A stretch of DNA of 64,000 nt from the NCBI GenBank assembly GCA_049965815.1, contig JBMFVV010000003.1:19846-83845 (forward strand). The letters run 5' to 3'. The position numbers and the translations under genes are program-made. Numbering within the stretch: the stretch's first letter is position 1; every line of letters begins with the position of its first letter. Source of the DNA: Thermoplasmata archaeon (GTDB lineage: Archaea > Thermoplasmatota > Thermoplasmata > Thermoplasmatales > GCA-001856825). Shown one piece after another: positions 46,801 to 55,307 of the stretch. The notes below the pieces were generated by a model, which saw only the letters and a program-made list of their open reading frames with translations, was not told the DNA's origin and did no database searches.

Positions 46801-47270
46801 AGCTGACGTCCATACTGACACCACTGAGACTTCTATTCAACGTAGGAACTTCGGCACTGCTGGCAGTTTCTCTTTTCTACCTGGTCTTCCATTACTTGAT
46901 GAAGCTCCCGCTGATAGTGTTCGGGCCGCTGTTCGTAATAGTTACGCTCTTTGGAGTAGGCCTTGATTACGATATTTTCATGGTGACAAAGGCAAGAGAA
47001 GCAGTCATGAGGGGAGAGAGTGATGAAGACGCAATTGCAGAGTCTATAGAGCAAAATGGCGGCGTTATATTAGTTCTAGGATTCATACTGGCAGGGGTAT
47101 TCGGTTCCCTCATATTCAGTTCGATTGGAATTATCAGCGAAATTGGCTTCGCAGTAACTGCGGGAGTACTCATAGACACTCTACTGTCCTGGCTCTTTTT
47201 GATACCGGCCCTCATGCTAGTGCTGAAGAAGTATAACTGGTGGCCGTCAAACATAAGGCACGATAGGTAG
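43833..47270 (+). CDS. MMPL/RND-superfamily membrane protein with two large extracytoplasmic, sequon-rich domains
   Basis: 1145 aa. It has two 5-6-helix bundles containing 'LGLSTDYSVYILNRYTKEE' and 'GVGLDYDIFMVTKAREAV' (the MMPL 'G..DY.I......RE' signature). Each bundle is preceded by a long Ser/Asn-rich loop, about 550 aa and about 200 aa. Confidence 0.8.
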   Translation: MLEGRFRTLGNFIKKRYKAIIIVWVVLIVALLPFAAMSTSLINYNVEDIEFAGSSHTQSVQAQNIMNSEFNFSKGNSSGTVAVLYVESPFNSSTSYSIWEKINSTYAKNLSSLGPSGIVSPYQIADGVVNSLGNSTDTIYGGIMKASNSTISAYGTFTNATNGFESFTSNLITIDGYFNSTYHNVSRAVVGYNGLFESISGASSLIYGIPIAFYGIYLSSPLTNSSEKSSYAYSALLKETNNFSDNQTSLGYFNAFYASWSNIVSSNSSFPNTTTLQLAINDAFTSFSAEMTKQQQQFFYSVLSSFNVTTYQSSSERLSITDELALSISSPSSAVEMQIFNYTFENFVINGSLPALSANITGTLLSSNNNAISEFTNSTFGETPDEFASSFESVSQVNSSVVENQMNHSLLSNSMSEFYKSVNMPVSVFYSGLINNNTSQFRQYFINSAAAGLKELASTLDQNSSSVVSTFLSEGSSKSAMNLTESFLMSHFKDYPYFSFSNPAQFVSSSVKAKGNVSSLVNGNYSEAGIDLSSSVFHSLVPRDFSGYLIIIDFTPSSLNNSQLNVLSSYLSGIQNRFDPVKIYSTSDSQIANGIEDTAYSGLIYSLVAGMILSVIIVGIYFRSAFLAFVPLMFFGLSMVVILGLSELIFGIIMKTTLSFIVTTLSAMLILGLSTDYSVYILNRYTKEESQDKLGTTVQWAGHAVFTSGLTVILSYIVLGIFKVPIIGAGGFVNALGIAISLGVALTLLPSFMIIFKKRIKQKRNLINFRKIAMVSRKHKKALVAVLIVIFISTLVVYETTPTSFSLFSLIPDNSGKAGYYEMTSAFGGDTLSPSYIVLTFPNQIYYDGHFNETDIGVLNNITSALIKDNGISGLTTLTYPFGNYVNVQNISGSSISKSTILNQSLTFIGKDGSTVLLNFSTKYVSYTEQGINAIAKVDNILKQVTPTDVKYAVGGTPQSLLDSSNSINTSTYDIIIILSIMIFGVLAFQLTSILTPLRLLFNVGTSALLAVSLFYLVFHYLMKLPLIVFGPLFVIVTLFGVGLDYDIFMVTKAREAVMRGESDEDAIAESIEQNGGVILVLGFILAGVFGSLIFSSIGIISEIGFAVTAGVLIDTLLSWLFLIPALMLVLKKYNWWPSNIRHDR

Positions 47271-47392
47271 ACGGAGAGATCGTTTCAGTAGAATGTTGTC
47301 ATTAAGCAGTTTAAACAGGTGAATGCTTATTAGATAACAACCATTTTATCTCACGGTAGACCCAAAATTGTCAGCCAAAACTATTTTAGGGA

Positions 47393-47746
47393 ATGCAACA
47401 TAATTCCCCGATGAGTTCTATTGATTTGTTAAAAAATGTTGTAAGCTCGCTTGATGGACTTCCAGACCTAAAAAAGGAGGTAATTTCTATAAACAAGGCG
47501 TTCCAGTTCAACGTATCTGACGGAAGCCCCTTCTATGTAACCATAGGCGATGGCCAGGTCATCGTGGAAAGCGGAACAAAGCAACCGGTCTCTGCAACTA
47601 TCATAGCATCAGAACAAGTCCTGACAGATCTGTTTACGGGCAAGCTTGACGGTGTCCAGGCATTCATGCAGGGGAAGCTGAAAATTAGCGGAGACATATT
47701 CTCCGTTCAGAAACTTTCGTCAACATTACTGAAAGCAAGGAAGTGA
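47393..47746 (+). CDS. SCP2 sterol/lipid-carrier domain protein
   Basis: 'AFQFNVSDGSPFYVTIGDGQVIVESG......ASEQVLTDLFTGKLDGVQAFMQGKLKISGDIFSVQKL' is the SCP2 fold signature. It lies 4 nt upstream of the dehydrogenase/hydratase gene. Confidence 0.8.
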   Translation: MQHNSPMSSIDLLKNVVSSLDGLPDLKKEVISINKAFQFNVSDGSPFYVTIGDGQVIVESGTKQPVSATIIASEQVLTDLFTGKLDGVQAFMQGKLKISGDIFSVQKLSSTLLKARK

Positions 47747-47750
47747 GAAT

Positions 47751-49742
47751 ATGAAGGTAGCTGTCATAGGATCCGGGGAGATGGGTAGAGGCATTGCCCT
47801 GGTATTCGCACAGTATGGAAATGATGTTGTTCTCGAAGATTCCATCCCGCAGGCTCTGGATAAGGCGAAAAAGTACATTGCGGACAACCTCTCCAAAATG
47901 GTAGAGAAGGGAATAATAAAGCAGGGGGAAGATCAATCCATACAATCGAGGATCAGGTACTCAGGGACGCTGGAAGATAGCGTCGGGGATGCAGACCTCG
48001 TTGTTGAGGCAGTCCCGGAGATAGTGGAGCTCAAGCAGGAAATATTCTCCAAGCTTGACAAACTCTGCAGGAAGGATGCAATACTTGCAACAAATACATC
48101 AAACATTAAGATAGCTGAGATTTCGAAGAATGTGACGATAAAAGAGAGGGTACTTGGAATGCACTTCTTCAACCCGGCGAACAGAATGAAACTGGTGGAG
48201 ATCATAAGGTCTGAATTCACCGGTGAAGAGTACTTTGAAAGGGCGTTCAAGATTGGACAAGAGATCGGAAAGACGCCAGTTAAAGTCCTGAAGGACTCCC
48301 CAGGTTTTGTGGTCAACAGGATCAATGCTCCAGATATGATGTTCTTCTGCAGTGTACTAGACAAGAATGTTGAGAAACCCGAAGAAATGGACCTCTATGC
48401 GAGGGGACAGGGACTCCCCATGGGGCCTTATGAACTGATGGACTTCGTTGGAATAGACACTGTTGCCCATTCGCTTGACTACTACGCGGCTACGCTATCG
48501 GATGAATATAGCAGGTGCAAGACATTCAGGGACCTGGTGAAGGAGGGCAGGCTAGGAAAGAAGACGGGTAAAGGATTCTATGACTGGTCCTCTGGAAAGG
48601 CAGCAATCCCAAAGGCAGAGCCTTCAGAGAAAGTCACCATAATGGACATTTTTGCCATTGAGATCAATGAGGCAGTAAAGCTGATAGAGGAGCAGGTTGC
48701 ACTTCCTGATGAAATAGATGTTGCAGTTAAACTGGGCATGAATAGGCCGTTCGGCCCGATAACCGTTGCAAAAAGCCTCACCAACGCAGAAGTAAAGAAG
48801 AGGCTTGAACAGCTGAGCAGTTTCTACGGATTCAAGACGTTTGAACCTGCAGAATCCATCAAACAGGGAAGGTTGAAAGAGATAATTCAGGTGAAATCAT
48901 TTCCCAGTGCTGAAAAGAAGAAACAGGCAGAGCAAGCTGCACCTTCAGGGAGCAAGGAAGAGAAAAAGTATTCAACCCTCATACTGGAAAGGAGACCAAA
49001 TCACGTTTCCAGGATATTGCTGAACAGGCCGAAGCATAATTTCATCAATTCTGAACTTCTCAACGATCTGGACAGTGCGATAGATGAAGTGTGGGAAGAC
49101 AAGGACACGAGGGTGCTTCTGATAACTGGATCTGGCGATACTTTCAGTGCTGGAGCTGAGCTATCCCAGTACATACCCGGCCTCTTTGATTTTGTGGAGT
49201 ACTCAAGAAAGGGAGAGAGGATATACAAGAAACTACAGGAGATACCCAAGGTAGTTATAGCTGAAATCAAGGGTTTGGCACTGGGAGGAGGTTTCGAGCT
49301 TTCACTTTCGTGCGACATAAGGGTCTCGACGCCCGATGCCCAAATGGGACTCCCAGAAGTAACGCTGGGACTGCTGCCCGCATGGTCAGGAAGCCAGAGA
49401 CTGGCGAGACTCGTAGGTAACTCAAGGGCAATGTACCTTATACTAACAGGGAAGAGAATAACAGGACAGCAGGCATTCGATTTTGGAGTTGTTTCTGAAC
49501 TCTACACCAAGGAAAAGGTGGATGCAAGCGCAATAGAGTTGGCCGAATCCATAGCAAATGGGACATCCCCCATAGCCACCAGCCTTGTTAAGAGGCTGAT
49601 CAACAGGGGAGTGGACGTGGCTTACGACTCAGGCCTTGAGATGGAATCCATGGCAGCTGGTATCCTCTATGGAACGGAAGACATGAAGGAAGGCATAACA
49701 GCCCTTCTACAGAAGAGGAAGCCGAACTTCCAGGGGAAGTAA
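47751..49742 (+). CDS. Bifunctional 3-hydroxyacyl-CoA dehydrogenase (N-terminal) / enoyl-CoA hydratase (C-terminal) fusion
   Basis: N-terminus: 'KVAVIGSGEMGRGIA' Rossmann fold, 'ATNTSNIKI' and 'MHFFNPANRMKLVEI' (HBD). C-terminus: 'LITGSGDTFSAGAEL' and 'GLALGGGFELSLSCDIR' (crotonase oxyanion and catalytic segments). Confidence 0.9.
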   Translation: MKVAVIGSGEMGRGIALVFAQYGNDVVLEDSIPQALDKAKKYIADNLSKMVEKGIIKQGEDQSIQSRIRYSGTLEDSVGDADLVVEAVPEIVELKQEIFSKLDKLCRKDAILATNTSNIKIAEISKNVTIKERVLGMHFFNPANRMKLVEIIRSEFTGEEYFERAFKIGQEIGKTPVKVLKDSPGFVVNRINAPDMMFFCSVLDKNVEKPEEMDLYARGQGLPMGPYELMDFVGIDTVAHSLDYYAATLSDEYSRCKTFRDLVKEGRLGKKTGKGFYDWSSGKAAIPKAEPSEKVTIMDIFAIEINEAVKLIEEQVALPDEIDVAVKLGMNRPFGPITVAKSLTNAEVKKRLEQLSSFYGFKTFEPAESIKQGRLKEIIQVKSFPSAEKKKQAEQAAPSGSKEEKKYSTLILERRPNHVSRILLNRPKHNFINSELLNDLDSAIDEVWEDKDTRVLLITGSGDTFSAGAELSQYIPGLFDFVEYSRKGERIYKKLQEIPKVVIAEIKGLALGGGFELSLSCDIRVSTPDAQMGLPEVTLGLLPAWSGSQRLARLVGNSRAMYLILTGKRITGQQAFDFGVVSELYTKEKVDASAIELAESIANGTSPIATSLVKRLINRGVDVAYDSGLEMESMAAGILYGTEDMKEGITALLQKRKPNFQGK

Positions 49743-49773
49743 GGAAAGACGCAAGGCTCAGATTGACACAGCA

Positions 49774-50667
49774 TCACTGCTGAAGTGCCTTCAGGAGCAT
49801 CGGTACTACTTGGAATAGGTCACCTACTATTCCGTAATCCGCCTCTTCAAATATCGGTGCTGCCTTGTCCTTGTTTATCGCTATGACTGTCTTTGATCCC
49901 CTCATTCCGGCTATATGCTGTATCTGACCTGAAATGCCAAGGGCGATGTACAGCTTGGGCTTCACCTTCCTTCCTGAAAGTCCTACCTGCCTGTCCTCGC
50001 TGAGCCACTGGTAGTCCAGGCATACCGGCCTTGATCCAGCAAGCTCACCCTTCACAGCCTTCACAAGCGGCATTATCTGATCTATGGACTCCTTCTTTCC
50101 GATTCCCCTCCCTACAGAGACTATGATGCCGGCATGCTCAAGATCCACTGTCGAAGAAGTCTTTGGAATGGTCTGTACGAGGGAAATCTTGGAATCGCCG
50201 AGCTTGATCTGCGATAATTCAGACTTTTCTGGAACCTTGGATGCCTCCAGTATTCCCGGCATCACCGTGAAGACCCTGCATTCTGACTCTTCCTCTGTGA
50301 CCGTCTTCCCTCCCCATGCAAATCTCTTAGTCTTAACCTTTGAATTATCTATGCTGAAATCAAATATCTCAGCAACGATCTCCTTTCCAAGTTTTTCTGA
50401 AACTATTCCAGCTACCTCCCTTCCAAGTGCGGTAGATGTGAAGAAGATGAAATCGTAATTCTCCTTCTGTATGATTCCGAGCAGGGCATCCGAAACGTTA
50501 TCAGAGAATCCATTGCCTTGCAGGATGAACAGCTTCTTTGCACCGTACTCAGCTGATGATTGAGGATTTTCTAAGTATATTGCCGCATCGACATCCATCT
50601 TCTGTCTAAAGAATGTCAGCGCTTGCCCTAGAATGTCTTCCTTGTCTGAAAAGACCAGCCCTCTCAT
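49774..50667 (-). CDS. etfA: Electron transfer flavoprotein, alpha (large) subunit
   Basis: C-terminal FAD-binding signature 'PKLYIALGISGQIQHIAGMRGSKTVIAINKDKAAPIFEEADYGIVGDLFQVVP'. Confidence 0.9.
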   Translation of the reverse strand: MRGLVFSDKEDILGQALTFFRQKMDVDAAIYLENPQSSAEYGAKKLFILQGNGFSDNVSDALLGIIQKENYDFIFFTSTALGREVAGIVSEKLGKEIVAEIFDFSIDNSKVKTKRFAWGGKTVTEEESECRVFTVMPGILEASKVPEKSELSQIKLGDSKISLVQTIPKTSSTVDLEHAGIIVSVGRGIGKKESIDQIMPLVKAVKGELAGSRPVCLDYQWLSEDRQVGLSGRKVKPKLYIALGISGQIQHIAGMRGSKTVIAINKDKAAPIFEEADYGIVGDLFQVVPMLLKALQQ

Positions 50668-51419
50668 AACATCGCCTCCTTTATCACCCTGACCATCACA
50701 GGCATTGCCTTCTCTGGATCTTCATACACTTCCCTCTTCCTTTCGCTCTTCGGTGCCCTATCTGATAGAACCTTTATTGATGATGAATCCTGGATTGATG
50801 CTGTTTCCATCTTGATCTCCCTCTTCCCCGCCTTTATGATCTGGAGGACTGCGGGAAGTCTCGGTTCATTGATTTCCTGCGACACCGATATTATGACTGG
50901 GAAGCTGCCCTTGAGAACTACGTTGTGGTCCTCAAGAACTCTAGTGACCTTAACCTCCTTCTCGCCCGGCTCTATCGAAACTGCATTTCCAAGAAGAGGG
51001 ACGTTCAGTAGACTCGATAGCTTCCCGGGTAGCAATCCGGTGTAGGTATCAGCAGACTGATTACCAAGAATGACCATGTCGTATGTCAATGTCTTGATCT
51101 TTTCTGAAAGAACCTTAGCTGTCACTGATGGATTCTTTCCCTTGTATCCCTTGATGATAATCCCCTCATCGACTCCTATCGCGTACGCTTCCTTCATGGC
51201 GCTGCTTGATTGCTCTCCACCGAAAATGATCCCTGTTATCTTGCCGCCAAACTTTTCCTTTATCCTGACAGCAGCTTCTATGGCATTCTTACTGAGATTC
51301 TCTACACGCATTGGAACACCGTCTGTTATAGGTTCACCGGTGCTCGAATTCGTCTTCATCTGATCTATGTCGAGAATCTGTTTTATTAGAACTATACTGT
51401 TGTATGGCAGATAAATCAC
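50664..51419 (-). CDS. etfB: Electron transfer flavoprotein, beta (small) subunit
   Basis: 251 aa. 'IVLIKQILD', 'NAIEAAVRIKE' and 'DMVILGNQSADTYTGLLPGKLS' follow the ETF-beta pattern. There is a 4-nt overlap with etfA. Confidence 0.88.
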   Translation of the reverse strand: MIYLPYNSIVLIKQILDIDQMKTNSSTGEPITDGVPMRVENLSKNAIEAAVRIKEKFGGKITGIIFGGEQSSSAMKEAYAIGVDEGIIIKGYKGKNPSVTAKVLSEKIKTLTYDMVILGNQSADTYTGLLPGKLSSLLNVPLLGNAVSIEPGEKEVKVTRVLEDHNVVLKGSFPVIISVSQEINEPRLPAVLQIIKAGKREIKMETASIQDSSSIKVLSDRAPKSERKREVYEDPEKAMPVMVRVIKEAML

Positions 51420-51468
51420 CTGATGCCAGTTAATGTCACATTCGCTTTATATTTTTTTGTCTACGGAA

Positions 51469-53454
51469 TCATTCCTCGAGATTTTCCCAAATCAGTTCTG
51501 CGACGTCCTTTATCTCTATCTTGTTCTGCACATCCATGCTCCTCGAAGCATCATCCAGCATTGCATTGCAGAACGGGCAGGCAACAGCAAGCTTGGTCGC
51601 CTTTGTATCGAGGGCTTGCTCCATCCTAAGATGGGATATGTTGTCCTGGCTTTTCACCTTGTACCAGTAGTTGCCTCCGCCAGCACCGCAACACATACTA
51701 TTCTCCCTTGATTTCTCCATCTCCTTGAGATTTCCGAATGAACTGACTATAAATCTGGTATTGTCGTACTCGCCGTTGACCCTGCCCAGGTAGCACGGAT
51801 CATGAAGCGTAACAGTCTCCTGTGTCTTCTTCACCTTGAGTTTACCCTCCTCAACGAGCTTTGCAAGGAATTCTGAATGATGGATGACTTCTGCCTCCAG
51901 TCCAAACTTCGGATACTCGTTTTTGAAAGTGTTGTAACAGTGTGGACATGCCGTAATTATCTTCTTAACGTTGTACTTCTTGAACGTCTCGATGTTCTGC
52001 AGAACTAGTTCCTGGAATCTTCCCTCTTCCCCCATCCTTCTCGCGGTTTCTCCGTTGCATTTCTCTTCAGAACCGAGGATGCCGAAATTCACTCCCGCCT
52101 TTGTCAGCAGTCCCATTACTATTTCCGCAATCTTCTTCCCCCTTGGGTCGAAAGCGCCCATACACCCGGCCCAGTACAGCACCTCCTTGCTTGAATCGTA
52201 CTTTGGTCCAAATTTCAGCAGCGCGTCCCTGTCAGACGGTGAATTCCCGTATGGATTCATTGTGTTTGTGAGATTGTTGAAGTACTGTCCCATCTCCTTT
52301 GTGATCTTGTTCTCCATGACAAGATTTCTTCGTGCCTCAATAACAAATGAGTGGGGGTCTATCAGCACCGGGCATTCCTCAACACAGGCCTGGCAGGTGG
52401 TGCATGCCCAGGCTGCATTCTCGCTCAGTATGCCAGGAACCATTTCCACCTTCCCGTTGTAAACCACTGTCTTCACATTCTGTACCACCACCCTGGGGTC
52501 CAGATCAGAACCTGAAAGAACAGCAGGACACGCCCTCTCACACCTACCGCAGTTGGTGCAGGCTAGTGAGTCTATCTTCATTGGAGTTGACAGGTTGGAA
52601 ACTTCCTTCGCACCAACTGTGAAATCTAAGTTTCCTGTCTCAAGTGCCTCTGAGAGGAGGAATGGAGTTGAAAGTTGCCCCCTGGGGTGGAACTTCTTGA
52701 TCGTCACATTTGTCCACGATAGGGCGATGTGTGAAAATTTTGAGAATGGAAGGTATATCGCAAGAACAAAGGCCGTCAATATATGAACAAGCCACAGCTC
52801 CCTGTAAATCTGAATGGCTGTACTGACGTTCATACCTGCCGGGAATGTGTAAGAAAGATACCACTCAATATATCTGTAAATATCGAAGCTGTTCCTGAAG
52901 AGCGCTATCTTGAGGGCCCCAAGGAAGAACCCCTCAAACGACAGTATCAACAGCCCTGAGATGAGAATGTAGTCGTCAAAGAGAGACTCAAGTTTTATCC
53001 TCTTTACCAGTCTCCTGTATAACGCCATGAAGAGGCCGGCAATGAGCATCAATCCGCCAGTGTTTGCCCACACTTCGAAATTCAGATAAAAAGTACCGTT
53101 CAATATTCCAAAGTGGAAAAGCGGTTTCAGAAAGTCGTGAGACAGTGCAATGAGAGCAGTGCTAATAAAAAGAATGAGCATACCGTAGAATATCAGCAGG
53201 TGCATCACTCCTGCAAAAGTATTCTTAACCGTCTTTTTGTGGAATGCTCCGTAACTCAACGCCTGGACCACCATTGCCTTCCAATTTTTTCTTATGTAGT
53301 CCAGTATGGCAGTGATGCTGATGCCCAGACGACTGTATGATCTGTACCACCAGTAAAATACGAAAATAGCTGCAGAGAACGATGTGGCATACAGGATTAT
53401 TAGCTCTAATTCTGGTATAAAAACGAGGGTTGGACTAACTATTCCAGCAGCCAT
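51469..53454 (-). CDS. Membrane-bound Fe-S oxidoreductase (N-terminal multi-TM domain + 2x[4Fe-4S] + HdrD/GlpC-like CCG domains); candidate ETF:quinone oxidoreductase (EtfD-like)
   Basis: About 5-6 N-terminal TM helices. Ferredoxin motifs 'CTNCGRCERACP' and 'CTTCQACVEECP'. Cys-rich CCG-type segments 'ACPHCYNTF', 'MCCGAGGGNYW' and 'ACPFCNAML'. It lies directly upstream of etfBA on the same strand. Confidence 0.8.
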   Translation of the reverse strand: MAAGIVSPTLVFIPELELIILYATSFSAAIFVFYWWYRSYSRLGISITAILDYIRKNWKAMVVQALSYGAFHKKTVKNTFAGVMHLLIFYGMLILFISTALIALSHDFLKPLFHFGILNGTFYLNFEVWANTGGLMLIAGLFMALYRRLVKRIKLESLFDDYILISGLLILSFEGFFLGALKIALFRNSFDIYRYIEWYLSYTFPAGMNVSTAIQIYRELWLVHILTAFVLAIYLPFSKFSHIALSWTNVTIKKFHPRGQLSTPFLLSEALETGNLDFTVGAKEVSNLSTPMKIDSLACTNCGRCERACPAVLSGSDLDPRVVVQNVKTVVYNGKVEMVPGILSENAAWACTTCQACVEECPVLIDPHSFVIEARRNLVMENKITKEMGQYFNNLTNTMNPYGNSPSDRDALLKFGPKYDSSKEVLYWAGCMGAFDPRGKKIAEIVMGLLTKAGVNFGILGSEEKCNGETARRMGEEGRFQELVLQNIETFKKYNVKKIITACPHCYNTFKNEYPKFGLEAEVIHHSEFLAKLVEEGKLKVKKTQETVTLHDPCYLGRVNGEYDNTRFIVSSFGNLKEMEKSRENSMCCGAGGGNYWYKVKSQDNISHLRMEQALDTKATKLAVACPFCNAMLDDASRSMDVQNKIEIKDVAELIWENLEE

Positions 53455-53579
53455 TATAGGTCTAATTCAAAATGTCTTCATTATTATAACTCTTTTCTGA
53501 GAAAGTTCCATTTTCACTGGCTAGGATATTTGATACTACCACTCAATTTTTAAATGAAGAAAGACTGGAGTGTCGAATC

Positions 53580-54044
53580 TTGATGGAACCTGTTAGGATT
53601 CCAATCACTGACCAACTGCACAGGAACAGAAGGAGGGTAGTCATCGTCAGCGTGGTAGTTTCCATCATCACAATCTCCGTCTTTTTGGGCCTCTCACTTA
53701 ATACGGTTGGTACTGTGAACGTGATGGGTGTTCAGGTGCATATCGATTATATGGGTACGTCGCAAGGTTACTTCGGAAGCACCATCCAGAATTATACATG
53801 GAACGTAAAGACACTTTATGCAGGCGAAATATTCCATTTTAGCCTCCCCATCTACAATTCTGCCAACTCCACCATGACGATAGGCTCCGTATCCCTCTCA
53901 ACCAGTGGTTTCACCCTTCTGGGATCTAGCGAATCTGTTCCCTTACAAATCGGTGCACACTCAAGCCATACCATCGTCCTGACTATCAAGTCACCGAACT
54001 ACGGTTACGTTGGAACAGTAGATATCAATATTTTGGCAACGTAA
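53580..54044 (+). CDS. N-terminally anchored extracytoplasmic beta-rich protein, unknown function
   Basis: 154 aa. 'RRRVVIVSVVVSIITISVFLGLSL' is a TM anchor, followed by a beta-sandwich-like region with N-x-S/T sites. Confidence 0.5.
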   Translation: MMEPVRIPITDQLHRNRRRVVIVSVVVSIITISVFLGLSLNTVGTVNVMGVQVHIDYMGTSQGYFGSTIQNYTWNVKTLYAGEIFHFSLPIYNSANSTMTIGSVSLSTSGFTLLGSSESVPLQIGAHSSHTIVLTIKSPNYGYVGTVDINILAT

Positions 54045-54098
54045 AAATGTTTAGCCTAGGGAAGCGTTACGAATTAAATAGAAGAATTGTATAAATGA

Positions 54099-55304
54099 TT
54101 GGTTTCGATGCGCGACAAGGAAAACGAAGTTTATATTGTATATTACAAAAGAACGGCTTTCTCTCGTTCAAGGCCAAACGACCCATCCAAGGACGCCTTC
54201 AACAACATCAGGATGGATGAAGCACTTGCTGAATTGATGAAGGATTCCATAAAGGAGACCGGTGTTAAGCATAGGGAGATAAACGATGTCATACTGGGTT
54301 CTGCACTGCAGGTTGGGGAGAACTGGATGTACGGTGGCAGGCAACCTGTTCTCCTGGCAGGATTTCCTGTTGAGGTGCCAGCAATGGCTTTGGACAGGGC
54401 CTGTTCGTCGTCTCTGAACGCACTGACAATTGGAGCGATGGAGATAATGACAGGAAATTCTGAAATGGTCCTGGCAGGGGGAATGGAGCACATGACCCAT
54501 GTGCCACTGGGAGACAACCCGATGGTAAGTCCGAATCTCAAACTGCTCCTTAGGCCGGAATACCTGAAGTACGACATGAAAACTGGATTCTATATGGGAC
54601 TGACTGCTGAGAAACTGGCTGCTCTCAAGGGCATAAAGAGGGACGAGATGGACCAGTTTGCTTATGAAAGCCAAACGCGGGCCTCAAAGGCGCAGGATGA
54701 AGGCTACTTCAAGGGAGAAATACTTCCAATAGAGGTGGAGTCTGAAGGGGAGATCAAGGTTGTGGACAAGGATCAGTCGATAAGGAAGGATAGTTCAGTT
54801 GAGCAGATGAGGAAGCTTCCACCCGCTTTCAAGGAGGGAGGCGTGATAACTGCAGGCAACTCTTCGCCTCTTAATGCCGGGGCCTCGCTTGTCATGCTCG
54901 CTTCTGGAAAGAAGGTGAAGGAGTACGGTCTCAAACCCATTTCAAAGGTAAGTGCATTCGGGTGGGCTGCCGTGGACCCGTCAATCATGGGAGAAGGGCC
55001 AGTTCCTGCATCAAAGAAGGCGCTGGCGAATGCCGGCCTCACTGCAGATGACATTGATATATGGGAAATAAACGAAGCATTCGCCGTTGTTGTGCTCAAC
55101 GCCATGAAAGAATTGAATATACCAAGAGAAAAGGTGAACTTAAACGGTGGTGCCATTGCAATCGGGCATCCTCTTGGAGCTTCCGGAGCAAGGCTTGCAG
55201 GAACGCTTTCAAGACTGCTGAATGCCAAGGGGAAGGAAAAGGGGATGGCAACACTTTGTGTCGGAGGGGGGCAGGGCTATTCTGCCATTTTAGAGAGGGT
55301 GTAA
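54099..55304 (+). CDS. Acetyl-CoA C-acetyl/acyltransferase (thiolase, classical type)
   Basis: 'LDRACSSSLNAL' (nucleophilic Cys), 'WEINEAFAVVVL', 'NGGAIAIGHPLGASGARL' and 'LCVGGGQGYSAILE' (C-terminal catalytic Cys). An alternative ATG is at 54108. Confidence 0.92.
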   Translation: MVSMRDKENEVYIVYYKRTAFSRSRPNDPSKDAFNNIRMDEALAELMKDSIKETGVKHREINDVILGSALQVGENWMYGGRQPVLLAGFPVEVPAMALDRACSSSLNALTIGAMEIMTGNSEMVLAGGMEHMTHVPLGDNPMVSPNLKLLLRPEYLKYDMKTGFYMGLTAEKLAALKGIKRDEMDQFAYESQTRASKAQDEGYFKGEILPIEVESEGEIKVVDKDQSIRKDSSVEQMRKLPPAFKEGGVITAGNSSPLNAGASLVMLASGKKVKEYGLKPISKVSAFGWAAVDPSIMGEGPVPASKKALANAGLTADDIDIWEINEAFAVVVLNAMKELNIPREKVNLNGGAIAIGHPLGASGARLAGTLSRLLNAKGKEKGMATLCVGGGQGYSAILERV

Positions 55305-55307
55305 AAC

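Noticed and set aside
51971-52462. 163-aa plus-strand ORF inside the Fe-S oxidoreductase gene
   Set aside because: It is antisense to a gene with unmistakable ferredoxin and CCG motifs, and it has no motif of its own.
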